NCBI RefSeq assembly: GCF_002158865.1
Contig: NZ_CP021455.1
Location: 1,096,835-1,160,834 of the forward strand
Reading direction: 5' to 3'
DNA length: 64,000 bases
Origin: Comamonas serinivorans
GTDB taxonomy: Bacteria; Pseudomonadota; Gammaproteobacteria; Burkholderiales; Burkholderiaceae_C
Shown here: in pieces, positions 1 through 9,263 of the stretch
Numbering within the stretch: the first letter of the stretch is position 1
Layout of the letters: the number at the start of each line of letters is the position of its first letter
The notes under the pieces: generated by a model
The model's database searches: none
Told to the model about the DNA's origin: nothing
What the model saw: only the letters and a program-made list of their open reading frames with translations
Translations under genes and position numbers: made by a program

Positions 1-537
1 GCGCGCTGGGCCAACGTGCAGGACTTCTGCGACTGGATCGTGGGCCGCTGCGGCGGCGAGATCGAGGACGGCACCAACGTGATGAGCGAGCGCCGCAGCG
101 TGCTCGAGGTGGCGCAGACCATCGCCCTCATCACCTCGCTGAAGGAGAAGGAGCAGGACGCCAACCAGATCACGCTGTCCACCCTGCATGCCAGCAAGGG
201 GCTCGAGTGGCCGCACGTGATGCTGGTGGGCGTGGTCGAAGGCCTGCTGCCGTTCCAGAGCGATGCCGAGGGCGCCCCCCCCATGACCGCCCAGCGCGTG
301 GAGGAGGAGCGTCGGCTGATGTACGTGGGCATCACGCGCGCGCAGCGCAGCCTGCAGGTGAGCTGGAGCCGTCAGCGCAAGAAAGGGCGCAGCCACGTGC
401 CGGCCTTGCCCAGCCGCTTCATCGGCGAGATGGCGCTGAACCACGCCACCACCCGCGAAGACCCGCGCGAAAAGCTCAAGGCCTTGCGTGCGGAGTTCGC
501 CAAGCGCGCCGCCAGCGCGCCGCGCGGCAATGCCTGA
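1..537 (+). CDS. rep: ATP-dependent DNA helicase Rep, C-terminal part (5' end outside window)
   Basis: Frame open from the window edge. TLHASKGLEWPHVMLVG...EERRLMYVGITRAQRSL...PSRFIGEM is collinear with the SF1 helicase motif V/VI region and the C-terminal tail of E. coli Rep. Confidence 0.8.
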   Translation, partial: ARWANVQDFCDWIVGRCGGEIEDGTNVMSERRSVLEVAQTIALITSLKEKEQDANQITLSTLHASKGLEWPHVMLVGVVEGLLPFQSDAEGAPPMTAQRVEEERRLMYVGITRAQRSLQVSWSRQRKKGRSHVPALPSRFIGEMALNHATTREDPREKLKALRAEFAKRAASAPRGNA

Positions 538-541
538 TCAA

Positions 542-590
542 GGGTATGACTGTGCTTCCGTTGTTTCTACATCGGCAATGAGGCGATACT
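542..590. repeat. nested-palindrome repeat family, copy R0
   Basis: GGGTATGAC...TTCCGTT-GTTTCTAC-ATCGGCAA...GCGATACT. Between the rep stop and the GIY-YIG start. Confidence 0.7.
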
Positions 591-594
591 GCGC

Positions 595-1095
595 ATGATG
601 CATCCCGACGCCACGACCCACACCAATCCCGCTTCGTCGGATGCTCGGGCCACCTTGCGCCTGCACGGCCTGGTGCCTTGCGGGGCCTGGGCGCCCGGCC
701 GCTACGCCAGCGTGAGCCATTTGCGCGACCAATGCGCGTTTGGCCTCGCCTACGAGGTGCAGGCCGATTGGCGCACGCGGCCGCATGTGGTGTACGCCTT
801 CGTCGCCGGCGAGGCGGTGCTCTATGTCGGCGAAACCTCGGCCGGCATGGCGGCGCGCTTTGCCGGTTACCGCTACGGCAACCCCCTGGTCAGCGACACG
901 GACAACCGTGTCAAGCTCGCCCTCACGCGCACCCTGCAGGCGGGCGGCAGCGTGGCCATCTGGGCCACGCAACCGCAGGCCAGCCTCAGCCTGCCGGACG
1001 GCACGGTGTTGACCGTGCCCGCCAGCAAGCCGCTGGAGGAGGTCCTGATCGCGCGGATTCGGCCCGAGCTGAATGTGAAAATGCTCGCTGTCTGA
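595..1095 (+). CDS. GIY-YIG nuclease-domain protein
   Basis: VVYAFVAGEAVLYVGETS...RF.GY...E.VLIARIRPELN fits the GIY..YIG..R..E pattern of the GIY-YIG fold. Repeat copy R0 lies directly upstream. Confidence 0.6.
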   Translation: MMHPDATTHTNPASSDARATLRLHGLVPCGAWAPGRYASVSHLRDQCAFGLAYEVQADWRTRPHVVYAFVAGEAVLYVGETSAGMAARFAGYRYGNPLVSDTDNRVKLALTRTLQAGGSVAIWATQPQASLSLPDGTVLTVPASKPLEEVLIARIRPELNVKMLAV

Positions 1096-1112
1096 TTTGC
1101 TGGATCGCCCCC

Positions 1113-1760
1113 ATGCCTCAACCCCACGACACCGCCACGTCCCTGTCTTCGCCCGTCACGTTCACGCGCCTGGTGCGGGCGCGCCTGTGGCGCTGGGCCG
1201 GTTTGATGGGGGTGCTGGGGCTCACGGCCTGCGCCTCGGACGATTTCATGCGGCAGTACCAGGACATCGGCCGCACGACCTTGCCCGCGCTGCCCACGCC
1301 GCGGGCCACGGCCGAACCAGGCACCTGCCGGGACGTGACGCGCATGACCGCCCGCGACCTCTACGGCGAGTGGCGGCTCAGCCTGCTCAAGCCCAACGTG
1401 GGCGGCCACATGCGGCTGTCGCAGCACCCCGAGTTCTCGGAAAGCCTGCGCGGCCACATCGCCTACGGCGACGTGCAGGCCATTGCCTCGGGCGACGTCA
1501 CGGCCGGCCAGTTCGACCTCGACGAGTCTGCGGACGGCAAGCGCATGACCGCCACCTGGTCCGGCAAACTGACGCCCGCCGCCTGTGGCAACGAAATCCG
1601 CGGCACCTGGACCGACCTGGAGCGCGACCAGAGCAGCGCTTTCGTGCTTCGGCGCGTGGGCGGCGCAGCGGCTGCGGCCGACGCCGCCAGCACGCCCGTG
1701 CGCGACGAACTGCCCGATGGCGTGCAGGTGTTGCCGGTGCCCGAACCGTCGCTGAACTGA
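1113..1760 (+). CDS. hypothetical lipoprotein
   Basis: Internal ATG of the 678..1760 ORF. Signal peptide plus lipobox (GVLGLTAC). The upstream part of the long ORF overlaps the GIY-YIG gene out of frame. Confidence 0.55.
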   Translation: MPQPHDTATSLSSPVTFTRLVRARLWRWAGLMGVLGLTACASDDFMRQYQDIGRTTLPALPTPRATAEPGTCRDVTRMTARDLYGEWRLSLLKPNVGGHMRLSQHPEFSESLRGHIAYGDVQAIASGDVTAGQFDLDESADGKRMTATWSGKLTPAACGNEIRGTWTDLERDQSSAFVLRRVGGAAAAADAASTPVRDELPDGVQVLPVPEPSLN

Positions 1761-1829
1761 GGCCTCAGCCGGGGCTGCGCGTGGCGCGGCTCCGGGCCGC
1801 GTCGGGCAAACAAACGCGTGGGATGCGGA

Positions 1830-2906
1830 TCAGGCGGCGTGGCCCGTGGCCAGGCTGCTCCGCGTCCTGACCTCGCCCGTTCGCTCGTCGATGGGCAGCA
1901 AGGGCAGGCGATCGCGGTGGTCGCCATACAGGCGCGCCACGCGTTCGTCCAGGCTGGGGTGGCTGGCCAGGCGTTCGCGCCAGCCACTGGCATTCTGTTC
2001 CCACTCGACCAGCAGCAGGTGGGCCATGGGCGCCCACAGCACGTCGCCCAGCGGCAGGCGGTTGGCGCGGCTGACGCTGTGCGTGACCTGCTGCGTCATC
2101 ACCTTGCGCAGCACGCCGCCCAGGCCGTCCACGTCGCGCGTCCACTGCACAGCGTGCGCGTCGGCCAGAAACTCGCGCTCGCGCGAGGCTGCGGCCTGCA
2201 GCAGGCGCGCGCCCAGCCAGCCCACGAAGCCCAGCGCCATGAACAGCCAGCCGATGGCGATCAGCTTGGGCAGCGGCAGGTCTTCGCGGCTGGTGTCGCT
2301 CATCCACTGGCCGTAGGTGTGCACCATGGCCAGGCCGCCCACCATGCCCATGAGCTGCAGGTTGAAGGCGGTGTCGCCCTCGCGCAGGTGGCTGCACTCG
2401 TGCGCCACCAGGCCTTGCAGCTCGCGGCGCGACAGGTGGGTGAGCGCGCCCTGCGTGACCACGATCAGCCAGTCCTTGGGCGTGAGCCCCAGCGCGAAGG
2501 CGTTGATCTCGTCGGCGCGGGGCAGCAGCATGACGCGCGGGCGGCGCATCTGGGCCGACAGCGCCATTTCGCTGACGATGTTGGCCAGCCGCTGCTCGGC
2601 AAAGCTGTGGGCCGTGCGCAGCTCGCGCGCACCCAGCCGCTGCGCCAGGCGCTCGCTGCCCTGGCGGATGACGCCGGCTTCCAGCCACCAGCCGCCCAGC
2701 GTCAGGAACAGCGCAATGCCCACGAAGGGCCAGGCCACCTTGGCGGGCAGGTGAAACGGCTGGCCGCTGACCAGGCTGATGACCCAGGCGCCACCCGCCA
2801 GCACGCCCAGCGGCGCCAGCACCGTGGCGGCGCTGACCAGGGCGAACGCCAGCATCAGCCGGCGCGAGCGTCGGCGGGCGGTGGCCTGGTGATCGAAGAA
2901 GCGCAT
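1830..2906 (-). CDS. M48 family metallopeptidase (HtpX-like)
   Basis: Two N-terminal TM segments, HECSH zinc motif, and the usual placement downstream of lemA. Confidence 0.8.
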   Translation of the reverse strand: MRFFDHQATARRRSRRLMLAFALVSAATVLAPLGVLAGGAWVISLVSGQPFHLPAKVAWPFVGIALFLTLGGWWLEAGVIRQGSERLAQRLGARELRTAHSFAEQRLANIVSEMALSAQMRRPRVMLLPRADEINAFALGLTPKDWLIVVTQGALTHLSRRELQGLVAHECSHLREGDTAFNLQLMGMVGGLAMVHTYGQWMSDTSREDLPLPKLIAIGWLFMALGFVGWLGARLLQAAASREREFLADAHAVQWTRDVDGLGGVLRKVMTQQVTHSVSRANRLPLGDVLWAPMAHLLLVEWEQNASGWRERLASHPSLDERVARLYGDHRDRLPLLPIDERTGEVRTRSSLATGHAA

Positions 2907-2930
2907 GGCGGCATCAGCAGGTTGTGATGG

Positions 2931-2980
2931 GGGTATGGGCGAGTTGTCGATTTTGTGTCATCGGAAATATGGCCATACCC
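2931..2980. repeat. nested-palindrome repeat family, copy R1
   Basis: GGGTATGGGC ... GTCGAT-TTTGTGTC-ATCGG ... GGCCATACCC. Between lemA and the M48 gene. Confidence 0.8.
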
Positions 2981-3122
2981 TGTAAAAAATGGGGTGAAGG
3001 CGTGCCTGGCCGCCGTCACCGGTGCAGGGCCTGGGTGTGTGCCGGGTCCGGCGGAGTCAACGCGTCACCGGCCAGGCGGCCCTGCAGCGTGTGGACCCGC
3101 GCTGCGCAACGGCGCCGCGCCC

Positions 3123-3710
3123 TCAAAACTGCACCTTGACGGGCTGCCGCTCGGCCTCGCTTTGCGTGGCCTGCAGCGCGCTGGCGGGCGTGAAGCCGGC
3201 CAGGCGCGCGACGAGCACCGTGGGCACGACCTGGCTGGCCGTGTTGAAGTCCAGCACGGCATCGTTGAACGCCTGGCGCGCAAAGCCGATGCGGTTTTCC
3301 GTGCTCGTCAGCTCTTCGCTGAGCTCGCGCATGGTCTGGTCCGCTTTCAGGTCGGGGTAGGCCTCGGACACCACCATCAGGCGCCCCAGGGCGCCCCCCA
3401 GCAGGCCATCGGCGGCGGCCAGGCCGGCCATGGCCTGGGCGTTGCCGGGTTCGCGCCGGGCCACCGCGGCGGCCGACTGCGCCTGGCCGCGGGCCGCGAT
3501 GACGGCCTGCAGCGTGTCGTGCTCGTGGCTCAGGTACTTCTTCGCCACCTCGACCAGGTTGGGCACCAGGTCGTGGCGGCGCTTGAGCTGCACGTCGATC
3601 TGGGCGAACGCATTGGCGATGCGGTTGCGCAGCTCGACCAAGCGGTTGTAGGCCATGACGGCCCAGACGATCACGCAAGCCAGCACGGCCGCTGCAATCC
3701 ACCATCCCAT
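3123..3710 (-). CDS. lemA: LemA family protein
   Basis: 195-aa product from MGWWIAAAVL. N-terminal TM followed by YNRLV.LRN....A.AQIDVQLKRRHDLVPNLVE, the LemA signature. The longer 3123..4499 ORF is an artefactual extension. Confidence 0.85.
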   Translation of the reverse strand: MGWWIAAAVLACVIVWAVMAYNRLVELRNRIANAFAQIDVQLKRRHDLVPNLVEVAKKYLSHEHDTLQAVIAARGQAQSAAAVARREPGNAQAMAGLAAADGLLGGALGRLMVVSEAYPDLKADQTMRELSEELTSTENRIGFARQAFNDAVLDFNTASQVVPTVLVARLAGFTPASALQATQSEAERQPVKVQF

Positions 3711-3775
3711 GTCGCACCTCCTCGATGTCGCCGCACCGTGCGGCGGTTGTGTGTCGGCCTGATGAGTCAGGGTTA

Positions 3776-3800
3776 GACATAACATGACGCATATTATGTC
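3776..3800. promoter_or_regulatory. AT-rich inverted repeat in lemA upstream region
   Basis: GACATAA-N11-TTATGTC, 66 bp upstream of the lemA start. Function unknown. Confidence 0.25.
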
Positions 3801-4061
3801 CAGCGAGCCACGCCTGGACAAGCGATTTTCGGGGCAGCCGTCGCGGCAGCGCAGAGCGATCTGTGCGTCACCGCGCGCTCCGTTCATGGCGTCTGGGCAT
3901 CGATGCAGCCGTTTCGCGTTACACGGGTGGTGTCGCGGGCTGTGTGCGCTGCATCGCGGTGCGGCCGCATAGACGCCGTTGGCGGGGTCTGCAGCCGCTC
4001 GGGTTGACCGGAGCCGCCGCCAGGGCCGGTTAGGATGCTGCGCTTTGCACGGACCCGAACC

Positions 4062-4376
4062 ATGAGCTTTGCCGACAACCTGCGTGACCTGCCCGCCATC
4101 GACCACCTGGCCGCCCTCGAGCTGCTGGACGAGGCGGGCCAGGTGGTGGCCTCGATCCCGAACCAGCCCGGCAAGGCGGGTTCGCTCAAGCTGTATGCGG
4201 CCCTGGCCGCCCGCCACGGCGCCATCAACCTGGCCGCCGCCGAAGAAGGCCTGGCCTTGTTCGCCGAACACACCGAGGATGCGCGCCAGCACCCGGGCAG
4301 CCACCCCAACATCGACCGCCTGTTCGAGGTCATCGCCACGGGCAAGCCCCTGTCGGTGCGCCTGTTGCCGGCTTGA
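4062..4376 (+). CDS. small conserved hypothetical protein
   Basis: 104-aa ORF with GC-rich third positions. Start at MSFADNL (alternative ATG at 4035). No family recognised with confidence. Confidence 0.45.
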   Translation: MSFADNLRDLPAIDHLAALELLDEAGQVVASIPNQPGKAGSLKLYAALAARHGAINLAAAEEGLALFAEHTEDARQHPGSHPNIDRLFEVIATGKPLSVRLLPA

Positions 4377-4406
4377 GGGGAGCCTCCTCGCGGTGTTTTG
4401 ATTCAA

Positions 4407-4459
4407 GGGGGTATGCGCCCATTTCCGTTTAAAGAAAAACGCAAGTGGATGCATACCCC
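4407..4459. repeat. nested-palindrome repeat family, copy R2
   Basis: GGGGGTATGC ... CCATTTCCGTTT-AAAGAAA-AACGCAAGTGG ... GCATACCCC. Confidence 0.8.
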
Positions 4460-4617
4460 ATGCATTGCGTGCGGATAAAGGGTGGCGCCATGCCGTCATG
4501 GCCAGCCATCCCGTCCCGGTGCCTCGGCCCCGCGCATGGGCTCAGGCACTTGGCCAGACGCCGACCCTACGGGCCGCCCGCCAACCGCAGACCCCCCATC
4601 GAGGTGGGTGCCGCCGG

Positions 4618-6603
4618 TCACTCGGGTGAGGGCGTCGGATCAGGGTGCCGCCTGCAGCCGTCAGTCGCCGGCTGCAACAGGTCTTGCACGCGTGCGCGCA
4701 TGGTCTCCAGCGTCTGCGCTTCGGGGGGCATGGCCTCGCCCACGCTCAGGCCCACCGGGCTGAAGGTCCCACGCCGGAATGGCTTGGTCATGGCGCCCGT
4801 GGGTTCGATGCGCGAGAAGTAGCTGCCCCAGAGGTTGGTCAGCGCCATGGGCACCACGGGCACGCTCAGGCCGTCGGCGCGCGCCTGCTCCAGGATCTTC
4901 AGCACCCCGCTCTTGAACGCACCCAGCTCGCCGTCGCGCGTGATGGCGCCTTCGGGGAAGATGGCCAGCAGCTCGCCTTCGCGCAGCACCTGGGCGGCTT
5001 CGACGAAGGCGCGCTCGTAGGCCGCGGGGTCGTCGCGTGCGGGGGCGATGGGGATGGCCTTGGCGAGCTTGAACAGCCAGCCCAGCACGGGCACCTTGAA
5101 GATCTGGTGGTCCATGATGAAGCGGATGGGCCGCGGGCTGGCCGCCATCAGCAGCACGGCGTCGATGAAGCTGACGTGGTTGGCGATGAGCACGGCCGGA
5201 CCGTCGGCCGGGATGTGGTCACGCCCGGTGATGCGGAAGCGGTACACCAGCTTGGTGAGCACCCAGGCGTGAAAGCGCAGCCAGTACTCGGGCACCAGGA
5301 AGAAGATGTAGGCCGCCACCAGCGCATTGGCGATGCCGGTGAACAGGAAGATCTGCGGGATGGAGAAGCCGGCCTGCAGCAGCGCGCCCGCGATCACGGC
5401 CGAGGCGATCATGAACAGCGCGTTGAGGATGTTGTTGGCCGCGATGATGCGCGCGCGGTGCGAGGGCCGGGCGCGCAGCTGGATGAGCGCGTACATGGGC
5501 ACGCTGAACAGGCCGGTGAACATCGACATCAGGCCCAGGTCGGCCATCACGCGCCAGTGCGCGCCCTGTTGCAGAAAGCCGCCCACGTCGAACAGGCCAC
5601 TGGCGGGCGGCGCGGGCAGGCTGCGCGTGGCGAAGAACAGGTCGATGGCGAACACCGTCATGCCGATGGCGCCCACGGGCACCAGCCCGATCTCGACCTG
5701 GTGGCCCGACAGCTTTTCGCACAGCAGCGCCCCCACGCCGATGCCGACCGAGAACACGGCCAGCAGCAGCGAGGCGACGTGGGCGTCGCAGTGCAGCACT
5801 TCTTTGGCAAAGGCCGGAAACTGGCTGAGGAACACAGCGCCGAAGAACCACATCCACGAGATGCCCAGCAGCGAGCGGAACACGGCCAGCTGCTCGTGCG
5901 CCAGGCGCAGGTTGCGCCAGGTTTCGGTCACAGGGTTCCAGTTCACCTGCAAGCCGGGGTCGGTGGCCGGCGACACAGGGATGAACTGCGCCGCAAGCCG
6001 CCCCAGCAGGGCCAGCACCACGCACGAGATGCCCACCCATTCGGGCCCCACCTGCGGCACCACCACCAGCACCCCGCCCACCAGCTGGCCCAGCAAGATG
6101 GCGACGAAGGTGCCCATTTCGACCATGCCGTTGCCGCCCGTCAGTTCGCGCTCGGACAGGTGCTGCGGCAGGTAGGCGAACTTCACCGGGCCGAACAGGG
6201 TGGAGTGCAGGCCCATGAGGAAGGTGCACAGCAGCAGCACCGGCACGTTGGCGCTGAAGAAGCCCCAGGCCGCCAGGGCCATGATGGCCACCTCCAGCCA
6301 TTTGACGAAGCGGATCAGCGCGCGCTTTTCCAGCTTGTCGGCCAGCTGGCCGCTGGTGGCCGAGAACACCAGATAGGGCAGGATGAACAGCGCGCCGATC
6401 ACCAGGCCCGCCATGTCGGCCGGCAGCCAGCTCACCTGCAGCATGTAGGTCACCATCACGGTGAACGCGAACTTGAAGAGGTTGTCGTTCGCGGCGCCGG
6501 CAAACTGGGTCCAAAAAAACGGCGCAAAGCGGCGCTGGCCCAGCAAGGCGAACTGCCCGGAGGGCGCTTGGCCGGCCTGGGCCTGGCGGGTCGATTCGGT
6601 CAT
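4618..6603 (-). CDS. MFS lysophospholipid transporter fused to acyltransferase (LplT/Aas-like)
   Basis: Twelve-TM MFS body followed by a PlsC-type acyltransferase domain with NHVSFIDAVLL (HX4D) and FPEGAITRDG. Start trimmed to MTESTRQ. Confidence 0.8.
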   Translation of the reverse strand: MTESTRQAQAGQAPSGQFALLGQRRFAPFFWTQFAGAANDNLFKFAFTVMVTYMLQVSWLPADMAGLVIGALFILPYLVFSATSGQLADKLEKRALIRFVKWLEVAIMALAAWGFFSANVPVLLLCTFLMGLHSTLFGPVKFAYLPQHLSERELTGGNGMVEMGTFVAILLGQLVGGVLVVVPQVGPEWVGISCVVLALLGRLAAQFIPVSPATDPGLQVNWNPVTETWRNLRLAHEQLAVFRSLLGISWMWFFGAVFLSQFPAFAKEVLHCDAHVASLLLAVFSVGIGVGALLCEKLSGHQVEIGLVPVGAIGMTVFAIDLFFATRSLPAPPASGLFDVGGFLQQGAHWRVMADLGLMSMFTGLFSVPMYALIQLRARPSHRARIIAANNILNALFMIASAVIAGALLQAGFSIPQIFLFTGIANALVAAYIFFLVPEYWLRFHAWVLTKLVYRFRITGRDHIPADGPAVLIANHVSFIDAVLLMAASPRPIRFIMDHQIFKVPVLGWLFKLAKAIPIAPARDDPAAYERAFVEAAQVLREGELLAIFPEGAITRDGELGAFKSGVLKILEQARADGLSVPVVPMALTNLWGSYFSRIEPTGAMTKPFRRGTFSPVGLSVGEAMPPEAQTLETMRARVQDLLQPATDGCRRHPDPTPSPE

Positions 6604-6901
6604 GGGGGCTTGGGTCCTGTGACGGCCTGGGGAAATGCGAGTGTGCGGCGCAGATTGTGAAGCCATGGCCGGCCGCACGGCCAGCGCCTGGACAGGCGGC
6701 GACGCCGCCAGGCTTGGTCGGATGCGTCGTCGTCCCCATCGACGCGGCGAACAGCTACGGTGAGTGGAGAGGACCAAGAGGGCAGGCCTGGGGCATTCGC
6801 CTGAGGACAGGGCGGCCACGCCGCCTCGCAGCGTCGCCCGAGGTGCCGGACGCGCGGCGGCCGGTGGACTCGGTGGGCGGCAGCGCGAACGCGACCCGGC
6901 A

Positions 6902-7753
6902 TCAGCGCCGCCGCATGGCCCAGCCGATGGGCACCACCGCCAGCGCCGCCACCGCGTGCTTGAGGCTGTGGCCGGCCACCCAGCCCTGGGTCAGCTCGAA
7001 CACGGCGTGGTCGCCCAGCTCCAGCACCTTGGCGGCGATGTAGGCCAGCACCACCCAAAGCCAGCGCACCCCCAGGCCGTCCGGCCGGTTGGGACTCAGG
7101 CCCAGACCCACCAGCAGCGCCAAGCCGGCGCCTTGCACCAGCGCCCAGGGCGTCATGTTGCCCACCTGCCAAGCCCACAGGGCCGCGCTGGCCGAGGCCA
7201 GCAGCAGCGGCAGCGGCAGCGCGCGACCCAGGCGGGGGCTCACGCGGTCGGCCACAGCCAGGCCGATCACGCCGGCAAAGGCCAGCGACATGCCGAGCCG
7301 GTCCACGGCCAGGCCCGCATCGCCGGGCGCCCAGTGGTAGACGCTGGAGCCCGCGGCCGTGGCGATCAGGCCCAGCACCACCCATCGCACGAGCACCATG
7401 CAAGTATGGTCGGCCATTCGATCATGGATGAAGGTAGATGAACCGATACCCGATGAAAAGATGGCGGCTCGCCGCCACAGCCACAGCGCCGCCAGGACGA
7501 ACGGTGCGTTGCTGAGCACGTCCAGGGCGTGCGGCAGTGCGCCCCAGGCGCGCTGGTCGGCGAAGTCGTGGTAGCCGGCGGGCAAGGGTGCGGCGGGCAG
7601 GCCGGCGGCCAGCACCACGGCGGCCAGCAAGGCCAGCAGCACGAGCCACTCGGCGCGGCGCAAGGGACCGAGGGCAGGGTGGGCGGGTTGGACGACGCCG
7701 GCCACGCCGGTAGACGGGGACGGGCGAGCGGCGGGCGGGCGAGCGTGTGGCAT
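6902..7753 (-). CDS. polytopic membrane protein, ceramidase (alkaline phytoceramidase)-like family
   Basis: YHDFADQR..G.P...DVLSN motif, several TM segments and SSVYHW/DRLGM motifs. Carries repeat copy R3 in frame (see findings). Confidence 0.5.
   Translation of the reverse strand: MPHARPPAARPSPSTGVAGVVQPAHPALGPLRRAEWLVLLALLAAVVLAAGLPAAPLPAGYHDFADQRAWGALPHALDVLSNAPFVLAALWLWRRAAIFSSGIGSSTFIHDRMADHTCMVLVRWVVLGLIATAAGSSVYHWAPGDAGLAVDRLGMSLAFAGVIGLAVADRVSPRLGRALPLPLLLASASAALWAWQVGNMTPWALVQGAGLALLVGLGLSPNRPDGLGVRWLWVVLAYIAAKVLELGDHAVFELTQGWVAGHSLKHAVAALAVVPIGWAMRRR
7403..7451. repeat. nested-palindrome repeat family, copy R3 (inside CDS 6902..7753)
   Basis: AGTATGG ... TTCGATCATGGATGAA ... CCGATACCC. 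Translated in frame as SGIGSSTFIHDRMADHTC. Locally AT-rich third positions. Confidence 0.6.
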
Positions 7754-7901
7754 TAGGCGCGACAAGGGGTGGACGCAGAAGTGGCCTGCACTGTGCGCAA
7801 GGCGCCGCCAACCGTCGCGTACATTGCGCCTCGGTGGCGCGGCTTCACGCTCAGGGTATCGTCGCACGCGCCCGAACCATCGACACGGAGGGAGGATTTC
7901 G

Positions 7902-8633
7902 ATGAGCACCACGCAGGACCTGGTCACCGCACTCAAACACGAACTGAAGGCCGCGCAGATGACCTATGCGGACCTGGCCAAGGAGCTCGGCATGGCCGAG
8001 TCCAGCGTCAAACGCATGCTGGCCAAAGGCGACATGCCGCTGACCCGCATCGACGCCATCTGCCGTGCGCTCAAGCTCGACTTTGCCGACCTGGCGCGCC
8101 GCGTGGCCGACGCCCAGCCCCTGCTCAGCCAGCTCACGCAGGCCCAGGAGGTGGCCGTGGTGGCGGACAAAAAGCTGCTGCTGTGCGCCATCTGCGTGCT
8201 GAGCCACTGGACGCTGGAGCAGATCTGCGAGGCCTACCGCATCGACGAGCCCGAGTGCATCCGCCACCTGGTGATGCTCGACCGCATCGGCATCATCGAG
8301 CTGCGGCCGCTGAACCGCTACCGCCTGAAGCTGGCCAAGACCTTCCGCTGGCGGCCCAACGGCCCGGTGATGGATTTCTTCCGCGAGAACGTGCTGCTGG
8401 ATTACTACGGCGGCAGCTTCGACCGCGACGACGAGGTGCTGCAGCTGGTGCACGGCACCATCGGCCACAGCATGGGGCCGGTGTTCGTCGAACGCATCCA
8501 GCGCATTGCGCAGGACTTTGCCAAGCAGCACCTGGCCGATCAGAAGCTGCCTGACGACATGCGCGAGGGCTACACCCTGCTGCTGTCCATGCGGCGCTGG
8601 GAATTCGCGGCCTTCACCGCCTTGCGGCGCTGA
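7902..8633 (+). CDS. XRE-family helix-turn-helix transcriptional regulator
   Basis: N-terminal HTH (MTYADLAKELGMAESSVKRMLAKGDM). RBS GGAGGGAGG lies upstream of the ATG at 7902. Confidence 0.7.
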   Translation: MSTTQDLVTALKHELKAAQMTYADLAKELGMAESSVKRMLAKGDMPLTRIDAICRALKLDFADLARRVADAQPLLSQLTQAQEVAVVADKKLLLCAICVLSHWTLEQICEAYRIDEPECIRHLVMLDRIGIIELRPLNRYRLKLAKTFRWRPNGPVMDFFRENVLLDYYGGSFDRDDEVLQLVHGTIGHSMGPVFVERIQRIAQDFAKQHLADQKLPDDMREGYTLLLSMRRWEFAAFTALRR

Positions 8634-8771
8634 TCGGGGCGCGGCCCTGGACCCGGGTGTGGACCATCCCGCCGGCGGGGGAAGTCGGGCGCCGGGCTGA
8701 CGACCTGCGGGTGCCGCACATCCCGGCAAGGGTGTGAGGTCGCTGCACGGGCCTAGGGTGGAGATGTCGTG

Positions 8772-8820
8772 CAGTATGGGGCGGTCTCCGGTGCAAAGAA
8801 AACGACAGTTGGCGAATACG
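8772..8820. repeat. nested-palindrome repeat family, copy R4 (degenerate)
   Basis: CAGTATGGGG ... CCGGT-GCAAAGAA-AACGA ... CGAATACG. Confidence 0.4.
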
Positions 8821-8868
8821 GGGCGAGTGCCGATGAAGCAATCGTGACGGTGGTGGCCCGCAGCTGAG

Positions 8869-8882
8869 CTGCATTGCAGTCT
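8869..8882. repeat. 14-nt direct repeat copy 1 (CTGCATTGCAGTCT)
   Basis: An exact 14-mer containing the palindrome ACTGCA-T-TGCAGT. It recurs at 9014. Confidence 0.6.
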
Positions 8883-9013
8883 TGTGGGTCTTGCCCAGTC
8901 GCCCCAGACCAGCGCGGCCGCCAGCGGCCTCGCAGGGCGCTGGCCAGGCCTGCGCGCGGCGTTGAGCATGACGCACCGAGCCGCCAGCGTGTGGTCGCTG
9001 GGGTGTGCCAGAA

Positions 9014-9027
9014 CTGCATTGCAGTCT
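9014..9027. repeat. 14-nt direct repeat copy 2 (CTGCATTGCAGTCT)
   Basis: Identical 14-mer 145 bp downstream of copy 1. Both lie inside the 630-bp gene-free gap 8634-9263. Confidence 0.6.
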
Positions 9028-9263
9028 CATACACAACCTCCAGCCACCGCAAACCGGGTGCGGCCACCTAGACTGGCGCGAGCGGTCAACGGCATGGTGG
9101 GCCCCAGGCCACGTTGAGGTGATACCGGGCCGGCACGAGGGGCTGCATGGCAGTCCCATGAATCGACCCCCAGCACCTGAGCGTGGGCCAGCCCATCGCC
9201 AGACCCAGGTTGCCCGGGCTGCATGCCGGGCGCCCCTCTTTCACCTGTTCCAGCGGAGTTTCC

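Noticed and set aside
4645-6660. 671-aa ORF on the + strand
   Set aside because: It lies entirely antisense to the well-supported MFS/acyltransferase gene. Its Arg/Gly/His/Gln-rich composition is typical of antisense frames in high-GC DNA, and it has no RBS. The same reasoning rejects 27842..30532(-), 21978..23579(-), 15633..17063(-), 23506..25236(-), 40382..42274(-), 41604..43229(-), 44768..46105(-), 50769..52844(-) and similar ORFs.
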